A stretch of DNA of 35,692 nucleotides, taken from the NCBI GenBank assembly GCA_046758365.1, contig JBHIAC010000019.1, positions 1 through 35,692 on the forward strand. Reading direction: 5' to 3'. Positions 8,082 to 16,562 of this stretch are shown here, piece by piece. The notes below the pieces were generated by a model, which did no database searches, was not told the origin of the DNA, and worked only from the letters and a program-made list of their open reading frames with translations. Made by a program: the position numbers and the translations under genes. The stretch comes from a bacterium. GTDB taxonomy: Bacteria > Zhuqueibacterota > Zhuqueibacteria > Oceanimicrobiales > Oceanimicrobiaceae. Each line of letters starts with the position of its first letter. Position 1 is the stretch's first letter.

Positions 8082-8957
8082 ATGCAACATCTCGATAAGG
8101 AAATAAGCTATCGGCTTCAGATTCAACACCAGGTAAAGGATGAAGCCAAACCTGAGCACCCTTTGACCGAGGATATTTTAGATCGTTACGAAGATTTGAT
8201 CCACGCCCAATGCACGCTTCGCCAAATAATAGAACAAGGGTTGCCTTTTCAATGGCCCTTTAGGCGTTCTGCACCCCAACAAAAAGAAACAAGTCCACCC
8301 CCACCGCCTTTTGATTGGTTAGAAAAGCAAACCCCAAAAACCGCAGAAAAGGCATTGGAAGTGGTAGATAAGGCGATTAGTCAAGTCCACAAGCTATACC
8401 TATGGAATTTTAATAAAGTACAAATTGAGTGGTTTTCAGAAAAAGAAGCTCTTAGAACTAAACGTTCATTTGTAAATAAATTTAGGGCAGCTCCTACAAG
8501 AAAAAGGAGAGTCTTCCCCGGGTTTTTTTACCTCATCGTCTTGCCATTTCTCGTTGGCTTTCTAACGATTCCATTCCTATCAAGTGACAAATATAGGGCT
8601 GGCATTTCTAAAACTTTGGTGCCACCACCAACATCAGAGAAATATTGGTTAAACGATGAGGAAATGCAACTCTTAGATGAATGGCAAAATGTCGCTAAAT
8701 CAAGCCAAAATTCGTATGAGGATGCATTCGCTGTGGTAAATCATGAGATGTTGAAACAAATAGGAATGAAACTGATTAACCAGGGAAAACTGTGGCAAAA
8801 ATTGGATAGTTTCACTGAAGCGAATCAACGGTTTGTCTGGGCAGGTCAGATTGGTACTGTGCTTAAACGCGTTTTTGATGATGAAGAATTGATAATTCAA
8901 GTTGTCAATCTACGCCATCCCTCTCCTGAAAAAGCTAGCATAGTAGATAAACCTTAA
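8082..8957 (+). CDS. Hypothetical single-pass membrane protein with a polyproline tract
   Basis: ATG 8082 after GGAGG (ORF opens at GTG 8070); SPPPPP (prolines 8295-8309); basic patch RKRR followed by TM FFYLIVLPFLVGFLTIPFL. Confidence 0.75.
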   Translation: MQHLDKEISYRLQIQHQVKDEAKPEHPLTEDILDRYEDLIHAQCTLRQIIEQGLPFQWPFRRSAPQQKETSPPPPPFDWLEKQTPKTAEKALEVVDKAISQVHKLYLWNFNKVQIEWFSEKEALRTKRSFVNKFRAAPTRKRRVFPGFFYLIVLPFLVGFLTIPFLSSDKYRAGISKTLVPPPTSEKYWLNDEEMQLLDEWQNVAKSSQNSYEDAFAVVNHEMLKQIGMKLINQGKLWQKLDSFTEANQRFVWAGQIGTVLKRVFDDEELIIQVVNLRHPSPEKASIVDKP

Positions 8958-8984
8958 ATTTAATATATTTATTGCAATTTTATT

Positions 8985-11969
8985 ATGCGTACTCTGTCAC
9001 GAATTAAAATCTATTTTTTTGGGAATTGGAAAAGAGGTGTACTACTTACCGGCATAATTCTTACCAGTATAATTGTTTTGGTATCTTTTTGCACTCAAAC
9101 TCCAGAATTTGCACAGATTGAAACAAGTTTTGTATCGCCAGATAGCCTTAAGGCATACAGGTTGAGTTCACAAGATCAGAAGATGCTGGCAGAGTGGCTA
9201 GAATTCCAAAGTAAAGGCAAACCGGATAGCGTTCACAAATGGGTTCGTAATCGGTATTTACCCTTACAAATAATTGGTTTGAAGCTCTTGGAGCAAGCAA
9301 CGTTATATCGAAAACAAGGTGACCTTCAAATAGCAGAGGCCAAATTACACATTTCCCGGGAGTTGGGAGAAGTATTAGCTGAAGTAGTCGGAGACACTTT
9401 TCTCCTGCAACAGGTTTGGTTTAATGAAAAGTTGGATCACAAACGAATGCAAAAGCGGGCACTAGCTAGTGTGGTGTATGCAAATGCGTATGAGCAAATT
9501 TATGCAGGCAACTATGATGATGTCCAAAAACAATATGAATTTGTTATTGATTTAGCTAACGAGATAAGTGATAACAAACTGCAAATTGATGCTATGGTTG
9601 GGTTACAATATATTTATAATTATAAAAATCAACACCAATCAGTAATTGATCTTGGTAATCAAATTGTTGAAAAGGCTGAAAAGATAGGTTGTAAGAGACG
9701 TTTGTCAATAGCACTTCTGCAAATTGCCGAAGCTTATCTTTACCTTGATCAAGATAATAATGCCCTTGAAACTATCGAGAAAACCATAAGTATCGCAAAG
9801 CTTATGAATGATCTTGAGTTATTAGCACGTAACTATTTTTCTAAAGCACAGCTTTTGTATCGAATGGAAAATTATCAAGAATCAGAAAGCCTTTTAGAGA
9901 AATTGACCGAAATTGATTTAGAAGGAATTTACAACGGATTAGTTAAATTAATTAAAGGGCAAATTTATGTTAAACGTGGTGAATATGGACGTGCTCAACC
10001 CTTATTTGAAGAGGCTATTCGGTTTTTTCGAAGTCGCAATGACAAATTAAATGAGGCTGTTACTTTAAGTAATTTGTCTCTTCTCTACAACGGGATGGGC
10101 GAATTTGACAGTGCCCTGAATATAGAAAAGAAATCTTTGGAAATAAAAAAATTAGAAAAAAATATTGATCGCGTTGCATTATCTCTTAGTAATATAGGGC
10201 TTTTTTATTTTAAAATGGACAGCCTTGAAAAAGCTATGGGCATGTTCCAACAAGCTTTACACCTTTTTCAATCTGGAGGTATACGTCATAAGACCGATAT
10301 ATTACTAGGGTTAGGGCAAGTACAATTAAAAATAGGAAATTTAACGGCTGCTAGTGAATCCTTTACCACCGCTGAAAAGCTGGCGATCAGCTTAAATTAT
10401 CAGCACGGGAAGGTGGAAGCATTACTCGGCAAGGGCCAGATTGCGTTAAATCAGAAGCAAACGGAAAAAGCATGGGATTATTTCTCCTCAGCTCTAAAAA
10501 CGGCAAGAGTAGTTAAAGTGCCTCGTTTGTACACAGAGGCTTACTATGGGTTAGCACAGGTTGAGATACTATCTTCTAACTTTAATAAGGCCGCCCAAAC
10601 TTTGGAAAAGGCCATCAAATCAAGTGAAATGTTGCGCCAATCAATATATCAGGATAATCTTCAAGTCAGCTACTTTGCAACCACTCAAGATCTTTTTGAC
10701 GAGGCCATATTATTGTCTTTGACACTTGATCGGAAAGATCTTGCCGTACACTATGCTGAACAGGCCAGGGCGAGAGCTTTACTTGATGCTTTGGGTAAAA
10801 CGACCGTTGCTGAATTGGAGAGCGACCGCGTAGAAATGTTGGAATCTCCGGTTCCTCCTTTTGAAGAGCTGATCGGCTGTATTCCAGAATTCATACAAGT
10901 CATTGAGTATCGTCTCACCCCCGATACCTTACTCGTTTGGCTGTTGGATAGGAATAAAGTGGTTTATCGCCTAATTCCATGCTCTTCTAAAACGCTTGAG
11001 GTTAGGGTTAAACAATTTTTAAATAGCCTTGGAGCCTTAAATCTTGAGACGTTTCAAATTCGGGTACAACAAGACATTGAATCGGTTTACCATGAAAATC
11101 GTCAATTAGGTCGAGAGCTTTACCAATTGCTCGTGGAGCCTATTGCAGAGGAAATTACACCGGGTAAGCAGCTATACATCATTCCTGACGGATATCTCCA
11201 CCGTTTACCCTTCGGAGCTTTGGTTACCAATGACAATCGTTTTTTTGATGAACTTTATGTTTGGACAAAATCCCCGAGTCTTGCCATATTATTTAAGGGC
11301 TTAAATTGGCAAAAAAGAGTTGTCCATCCGCAGAACAGTCGCTTTTTAATGGTTGCTGGTAATATGCCAAGTACCAAGACACAGAAAAGGATAGTCCAAC
11401 GTTTTTTTAATAATTCAAAGGTTTTAGAAAAAAAAGATGCAAATTACAGTGTTCTGAAAGAGTATTTAAATGATGGGGTAGAGATACTTTATCTCTCAGT
11501 CCATGCAGTAGCTGATGAGCGACATCCTATGAATTCGTATATAGAACTCTATGCGGACAACGCTTCCAATGGAGAATTGCCCCGGACCAAAGTCTATGCA
11601 CGACAATTATTGGAACTGGACCTTTCAAATACATGGCTTGCGGTATTGAATGCCTGTGAAACGGCAACCGGTAGAATTGCGCGCGGTGAAGGTGTGCTAA
11701 ATATGGTACGGATTTTCACCCTTGGCCGGGTTCCAGTAGTTATTGCCAGTTTGTGGAAGAATGATGATCGACGTTCCGCCGAAATAATAGGACAATTTTG
11801 CGAAGGGCTGGTTCAAGGGCTTGGGGTTTCCAAAGCCTTGCACCTGGCTAAAAACCACTGTATCCAACAATTGAAACATGATGATCATTATCCTCTTCCT
11901 TATTTCTGGGCTGTTTTTGAAGTCTATGAAAATAGCTGGCAGAAACAACATTATCTTGAATCTATATAA
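8985..11969 (+). CDS. TPR-repeat CHAT (caspase-like, HetF family) protease
   Basis: Long TPR array, AEQARARALLDAL linker, LYIIPDGYLHRLPFGAL, catalytic His in LYLSVHA (H840, 11502) and Cys in VLNACET (C891, 11655), VIASLW and PYFWAVF; N-terminal hydrophobic helix. Confidence 0.93.
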   Translation: MRTLSRIKIYFFGNWKRGVLLTGIILTSIIVLVSFCTQTPEFAQIETSFVSPDSLKAYRLSSQDQKMLAEWLEFQSKGKPDSVHKWVRNRYLPLQIIGLKLLEQATLYRKQGDLQIAEAKLHISRELGEVLAEVVGDTFLLQQVWFNEKLDHKRMQKRALASVVYANAYEQIYAGNYDDVQKQYEFVIDLANEISDNKLQIDAMVGLQYIYNYKNQHQSVIDLGNQIVEKAEKIGCKRRLSIALLQIAEAYLYLDQDNNALETIEKTISIAKLMNDLELLARNYFSKAQLLYRMENYQESESLLEKLTEIDLEGIYNGLVKLIKGQIYVKRGEYGRAQPLFEEAIRFFRSRNDKLNEAVTLSNLSLLYNGMGEFDSALNIEKKSLEIKKLEKNIDRVALSLSNIGLFYFKMDSLEKAMGMFQQALHLFQSGGIRHKTDILLGLGQVQLKIGNLTAASESFTTAEKLAISLNYQHGKVEALLGKGQIALNQKQTEKAWDYFSSALKTARVVKVPRLYTEAYYGLAQVEILSSNFNKAAQTLEKAIKSSEMLRQSIYQDNLQVSYFATTQDLFDEAILLSLTLDRKDLAVHYAEQARARALLDALGKTTVAELESDRVEMLESPVPPFEELIGCIPEFIQVIEYRLTPDTLLVWLLDRNKVVYRLIPCSSKTLEVRVKQFLNSLGALNLETFQIRVQQDIESVYHENRQLGRELYQLLVEPIAEEITPGKQLYIIPDGYLHRLPFGALVTNDNRFFDELYVWTKSPSLAILFKGLNWQKRVVHPQNSRFLMVAGNMPSTKTQKRIVQRFFNNSKVLEKKDANYSVLKEYLNDGVEILYLSVHAVADERHPMNSYIELYADNASNGELPRTKVYARQLLELDLSNTWLAVLNACETATGRIARGEGVLNMVRIFTLGRVPVVIASLWKNDDRRSAEIIGQFCEGLVQGLGVSKALHLAKNHCIQQLKHDDHYPLPYFWAVFEVYENSWQKQHYLESI

Positions 11970-11984
11970 TTTAGGAGGTAAATT

Positions 11985-12338
11985 ATGTCTAATGGTACTG
12001 GAGAACCTGGGGTGCCGCCCCCACCTCCACCTAAGATAGAAGAGCAGCGAGAAAGATTTTTTCCTGCACAACCATTGCGATTTCATGTACTTTATTTAGG
12101 GTTAGCCATCGGTATTGCCGCGGCTGTATTTATGCTTTTCTCTATAATTATTGCTTTAGCGATTAATCCTACAGGTATGAAGTTGTTTGAAGACATCTTT
12201 CCTGGTTTTAAATTAGAACCGAACGTTGGTTCTATTTTTATTGGCCTATTATGGAGCTTTGTCGCTGCATTTGTGTTTGGTACGTTTACTGGACTTATTT
12301 ATAATTGGCGTCTCCTAAAATATGTTGTTACAACCTAA
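11985..12338 (+). CDS. Small two-TM holin-like (DUF5676 / bacteriophage-holin-like) protein with an N-terminal polyproline tail
   Basis: AGGAGG RBS; GVPPPPPPK; TM1, FEDIFPGF loop, GSIFIGLLWSFVAAFVFGTFTGLIYNW. Visibly homologous to the N-terminal domain of 6643..8058. Confidence 0.7.
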   Translation: MSNGTGEPGVPPPPPPKIEEQRERFFPAQPLRFHVLYLGLAIGIAAAVFMLFSIIIALAINPTGMKLFEDIFPGFKLEPNVGSIFIGLLWSFVAAFVFGTFTGLIYNWRLLKYVVTT

Positions 12339-12587
12339 TCCGGCCAAGCCGGAACCATAAAAACCGTTGCTTATTGTGAAATGCCAAATCACAAATTTCA
12401 AATAAATCTCAAAGCCCAATTTACAATGACCAAACTCAACGTCTCTGGTTTGTGACTTTGAAAATTGGATATACGGATTGAAACAACCCAACGGATGAAA
12501 TGATTTTGTATCGGTTGGCTTGTTTCTATCCGTTGGGGTAGATTTTTTGTTAAAAATCTTTTTGGTTGCGGATTGTCCGCGTTGGGT
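12333..12587. mobile_element. MITE/REPIN-like element with imperfect 25-bp terminal inverted repeats
   Basis: ACCTAATCCGGCCAAGCCGGAACCA (12333-12357) matches the reverse complement of 12563-12587 (ACCCAACGCGGACAATCCGCAACCA) at 19/25. Each end is a hairpin. The interior has AAAT-periodic repeats. Confidence 0.6.
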
Positions 12588-12818
12588 AATTTCAACCTAA
12601 AGATTCAAAGAAACGCAAAGGTAACCCTTTTTTCTATACAGGCACGCATAGAAAGTGGGCTTAAATTAGGCGGTTTTTTTCTTCTTTGTATTCATTCCTT
12701 GTTACTGCCTTTTTATCCTTAATTTACAAAACTTGAAAAATCTAAATTCGTGTGAATAAAACTTCTATTTAAAAAAGAAGTTTTGAAAATTTTTAAATAC
12801 ATTTAAGGGAGAATAAAG

Positions 12819-13580
12819 ATGAAAAATATAATTGTTTGTAAATATATAATTGTATTCATATCTATGTCTATTTATAGTTGTGGAATATTTGGTAGAAAAC
12901 ATGATAAACCTGAGCTTATCGATAGAGTGATCTGTCCTGCTTTAGATGTGAGCTCAACAAGGGAATTTATAAATAATAATAACTCAGCCCAATTTGACCA
13001 TAAGGATAGTAAACATCCCATTTTTAATTTCATTTCCTCTGCTGTGAAAAATTCTTTTGATGGTCACAATGTCATTGAACTCAAACAGGCCCGAGTTCAA
13101 TTTGACTTTGAAGATGAAAGTGTTGATGCGGGTAATTTAGGTGGCTTTTGGGCTCGATGGAAAATTATTTTAATTCCTTTTGATCCTGAAATACTTGAGG
13201 AATTTCAAAAAATCAACTCGGAGCTGGAAAAATTTTTCCGTCTTCGAAAAATTATTGCGAGTCTTCGGAAAAATGAGAACAGAATAGAAGTAGAATTATC
13301 TGGGCCTTTTTTATCGGACACTGACCATTGTGAATGGGGCGATACGGACGGAGTGGGCACACAAACCTTACACTATTCAAATTATGGAATTTATGACTGG
13401 GATTTTTACCCCGATGATGACCGGATAATAGGCATAATTTATGAAGGAGATGAAGGAGTAGGGGATGATTTTATTGCGTGGCTGGACATATCCAGGACAA
13501 GCGGCGAAGTTGTTATTGAAGAGGCAGGTAAATTTAATGTTGTTTTTGAGTCGATGTCTGATGTTTCTTTAAGTCGTTAA
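12819..13580 (+). CDS. Hypothetical acidic lipoprotein
   Basis: Lipobox-like IYSC after a hydrophobic stretch; GGGAGA RBS; Asp/Glu-rich C-terminal half. Confidence 0.75.
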   Translation: MKNIIVCKYIIVFISMSIYSCGIFGRKHDKPELIDRVICPALDVSSTREFINNNNSAQFDHKDSKHPIFNFISSAVKNSFDGHNVIELKQARVQFDFEDESVDAGNLGGFWARWKIILIPFDPEILEEFQKINSELEKFFRLRKIIASLRKNENRIEVELSGPFLSDTDHCEWGDTDGVGTQTLHYSNYGIYDWDFYPDDDRIIGIIYEGDEGVGDDFIAWLDISRTSGEVVIEEAGKFNVVFESMSDVSLSR

Positions 13581-13662
13581 AGGATCGCATCTAAATTTTC
13601 TAGCCAATTATTAAAGGGAATGTAAAACAAAATCAAACTAAATCTTTATTATCTAAAACCTA

Positions 13663-13802
13663 AATTGAGCGATTTTACCTTGATTTGTTTCCAGTGTTGG
13701 GTGTTCATCGGGTGTTCACGCTTTAGCGTGCTCTTTTCCCTCCCCCCAATGCAAGCTGAAGCTTGAACACCATCCGCTCACTAGATATAAAATCGCTCAA
13801 TT
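13663..13802. repeat. Composite palindromic element: 15-bp perfect inverted repeats enclosing a REP-like doublet
   Basis: AATTGAGCGATTTTA (13663-13677) and TAAAATCGCTCAATT (13788-13802); inside, GGGTGTTCACGCTTTAGCGTG (13710-13730) faces CAAGCTGAAGCTTGAACACC (13752-13771). Confidence 0.75.
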
Positions 13803-13845
13803 CAGTTAAAAATTAAATATTTTCAATAAGAGTTTAGGAGCTATT

Positions 13846-14745
13846 ATGAGTAATCAAAAAAAGAATCGTTCATTTTTTGCTCAGTTTTCCAAAGATATTG
13901 GTGAGAATGAACTAAGAGAGCCGAAATTCCTAACTGTACTTAAGCTGGTTTGGCGTTCAATCAGTAGTTTTTTCGTTGAAAGACCTGGACAAATCATCGG
14001 CTCCGCATTTATATTAATAATGTTCTGGGGATTCCATGGAGAACTCGAACTGCTTAAATTGATCTGGCCAGATTGGCGAGGACCTGGAAAAGATTTAGCT
14101 AGTCGTCCAGATCTAATACCTGGCATCCCTTGGGATCATGAACTTATTTCTTTTTTGGGAGGCATGATTCTCTTAGTAATGATTCCTATTCTTATTATTA
14201 AATTAGGATTTAAACAGCCTATATCAAATTATGGTCTCGGTTTGCCACCGAAAGGTAGAAGAGCCTTGGCAGGAATAACATTTCTATTATTGACCGTGAT
14301 CAGCCTACCTGCGTTTTGGATAGGAGCCCATAGTGCATCCATGCGTGAAGTTTATCCACTTTACAATTCGTTTTCAAACTGGGGGGCATTTGTTCTATAT
14401 GAATTGACCTATTTACCTTTTTTTATCGTTATTGAGTTTATTTTCAGAGGTTATTTGCTTTTTGGTTTGGCAGGTGTTCGCGATGATGAGATCAAACTGG
14501 GTGGTGGTGGCTTCCCAGGGGTATTTTATTTTCACAAATACGCACTGTTGATTCAGATGTTATCGTACACCGCCTGGCATCTCGGGAAACCTATTCCTGA
14601 ATTATGGGGAACGATTTTTTGGGGGTTGTTTGCTGGCGCTACTGCTTTTGCCATAAGGTCTCTCTGGCCCATTATTATTTCTCACTGGTTGTTGAATGTT
14701 TTTATGGATGCTATCATTTGGATTAATGTTTATAAAATTAACTAA
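13846..14745 (+). CDS. CPBP family (CAAX/Abi-like) intramembrane metalloprotease
   Basis: Multiple TM helices; IEFIFRG, AWHLGKP..E and SHWLLN motifs; AGGAG RBS. Confidence 0.85.
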   Translation: MSNQKKNRSFFAQFSKDIGENELREPKFLTVLKLVWRSISSFFVERPGQIIGSAFILIMFWGFHGELELLKLIWPDWRGPGKDLASRPDLIPGIPWDHELISFLGGMILLVMIPILIIKLGFKQPISNYGLGLPPKGRRALAGITFLLLTVISLPAFWIGAHSASMREVYPLYNSFSNWGAFVLYELTYLPFFIVIEFIFRGYLLFGLAGVRDDEIKLGGGGFPGVFYFHKYALLIQMLSYTAWHLGKPIPELWGTIFWGLFAGATAFAIRSLWPIIISHWLLNVFMDAIIWINVYKIN

Positions 14746-15098
14746 ACTCATTGAAAAAGGGCTATATATCATAGCCAATTTTGGTGTCCCACAAAATTCC
14801 TTTACAGATAATATTTTAAGTAAAAAGGTAGAGTAACGTATGAACTATATAAGTGTACCACACAGTGACACAATCGCCTAAAAGCGTGTCAAGACGCTGA
14901 CCTTTTTCCAAAAGTTAGTGTCTTTTTTTCACCGAACAAATGCTAACTTCGAATGCTTTCGGGGTCAGCGTTTCATAGAATAGGCTGTTGAAAAAGTAAA
15001 GTTTGCGGCTCGGCAGCAAGTAGTCCAGTACTTTACAGTTTGCGTCATCAGATAGAGAGTCTGCCGTCATTCTATAGTAGAGCGAGAGGAGTAGAACT

Positions 15099-16562
15099 AT
15101 GAGCGACTTGGTCTTTCATACCGTTAATCAATTAGCCAGTGCTATCCGTGAGCGTAAGGTCTCAGCCATGGAAGTACTGAAAACGCAACTGAGTCACATT
15201 GCTCAGCACAACCCAGCCCTGAATGCTATCGTCACGCTGAATGAGGATCGGGCCCTCCAGCGAGCCAAAGAGGCCGATAGTGTGCTGGCACAAGGAGAGC
15301 TTTGGGGGCCGCTGCACGGTGTACCAGTAACCATCAAAGATGCCTTTGAGACTGCGGGACTGCGCACCACTAGCAGCCACAAGCCGTTAGCGGATTATGT
15401 ACCCAAACAGGATGCCACAGTCGTCGCCCGCCTGCGTGCTGCGGGAGCGATCATCTTGGGCAAGACGAACATGCCAGAACTGGCTATGGATGTCCAGTGC
15501 AACAGTCCGCTTTTTGGGCGCGCCAACAACCCTTGGGATTTGGGCCGCACGCCAGGAGGAAGCACTGGTGGTGGTGCAGCGGCCGTAGCTGCCGGGTTAT
15601 CTCCGTTGGAGATGGGCAGCGACGTCGGGGGGTCCATCCGCTTGCCTGCTCATTTCTGCGGCGTATTTGGGCTCAAACCAACAGAGCATCGGGTCTCGGG
15701 GGCCGGCCATATCCCCGGGCTGCCCGGAGACCCGAAAAGCGTACGGTATTTGAGAGCCATTGGCCCACTGGCGCGTTCTGTCGAAGACTTGAAATTGTGT
15801 CTGTCAATCATTGCCGGACCAGACGGCCGCGACTGGGATATACCGCCGGTCCCGCTGGACAATCCATCGAAGCGGGCGCTGCCGGAACTGCGCTTTGCCT
15901 GGACTGACAATTTCGGCGGTGTGCCCGTGACCACAGAATCTCGCGCGGTGCTGAATAAGCTGGCAAGGTCATTAACCGAGCTAGGGTGCCGTGTTGAGCG
16001 CCACAATCCGCCAGGGTTCGATTTCGAAGACGCCTGGGAGACCTACGGTGAGATATTGGGAACTGCCGTTGGGGTACACGTACCACTTCCCTTGCGTGTG
16101 TTAGGTTACCTTTTGGGGCCGATCATGTACATGAACGACCCCACAACACGTGCGACTATGCGTGGGTTTGGACTCATTATGCAGCGGTTTGTGAAAGCGC
16201 TGACTCGCCGAGATGCCCTAATGAAGTCTATGGAAAATTTCCTGTCGAAGTGGGATGCCTGGCTCTGTCCCGTGTCCTCAACGCCCGCCTTCACACATCG
16301 CAAGTCTAGCATGGGATGGCCCGGAAAACACATCGAGGTCGACAGCCAGAAAGTTCCTTACTGGGTCGGTAGTATGAGCTACACCACGGTCCTGAATCTG
16401 ACGGGGAATCCAGTCGTCGTTTTGCCGCTGGCCCGTTCGAAAGACGGTCTGCCCATCGGGGTGCAGGTGGTAGGGCGGCGCTGGCATGATCTGGAGCTTC
16501 TGGACATCGCGGCCAAGATCGTAGAGGTGACCGGGGGGTACCAGCGCCCGCCGGGGTATTGA
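15099..16562 (+). CDS. Amidase-signature family amidase
   Basis: GPLHGVPVTIKD (catalytic Lys), GKTNMPE, PGGSTGG, GSDVGGSIRLPAHFCGVFGLKPT and GLPIGVQVVG. Confidence 0.95.
   Translation: MSDLVFHTVNQLASAIRERKVSAMEVLKTQLSHIAQHNPALNAIVTLNEDRALQRAKEADSVLAQGELWGPLHGVPVTIKDAFETAGLRTTSSHKPLADYVPKQDATVVARLRAAGAIILGKTNMPELAMDVQCNSPLFGRANNPWDLGRTPGGSTGGGAAAVAAGLSPLEMGSDVGGSIRLPAHFCGVFGLKPTEHRVSGAGHIPGLPGDPKSVRYLRAIGPLARSVEDLKLCLSIIAGPDGRDWDIPPVPLDNPSKRALPELRFAWTDNFGGVPVTTESRAVLNKLARSLTELGCRVERHNPPGFDFEDAWETYGEILGTAVGVHVPLPLRVLGYLLGPIMYMNDPTTRATMRGFGLIMQRFVKALTRRDALMKSMENFLSKWDAWLCPVSSTPAFTHRKSSMGWPGKHIEVDSQKVPYWVGSMSYTTVLNLTGNPVVVLPLARSKDGLPIGVQVVGRRWHDLELLDIAAKIVEVTGGYQRPPGY

Noticed and set aside
4274..12338. 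Type III-E CRISPR (Craspase) locus
   Set aside because: No repeat-spacer array, Cas7-11 or other cas gene in the window; the similarity is limited to TPR-CHAT plus an ECF sigma.
6643..12338. Prophage lysis cassette
   Set aside because: Holin-like domains are present, but there is no endolysin, spanin, structural gene or integrase.
12398..12595. 65-aa minus-strand ORF
   Set aside because: It lies almost entirely within the MITE-like repeat element, has no clear RBS and has no recognisable protein features.
12640..12700. Intrinsic terminator before the T-run near 12674
   Set aside because: There is a U-tract but no convincing GC stem in front of it.
8082..13580. Bacterial gasdermin next to the CHAT protease
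   Set aside because: The similarly sized neighbours have a TM helix (8082) or a lipoprotein signal (12819), and I see no gasdermin-like pattern.
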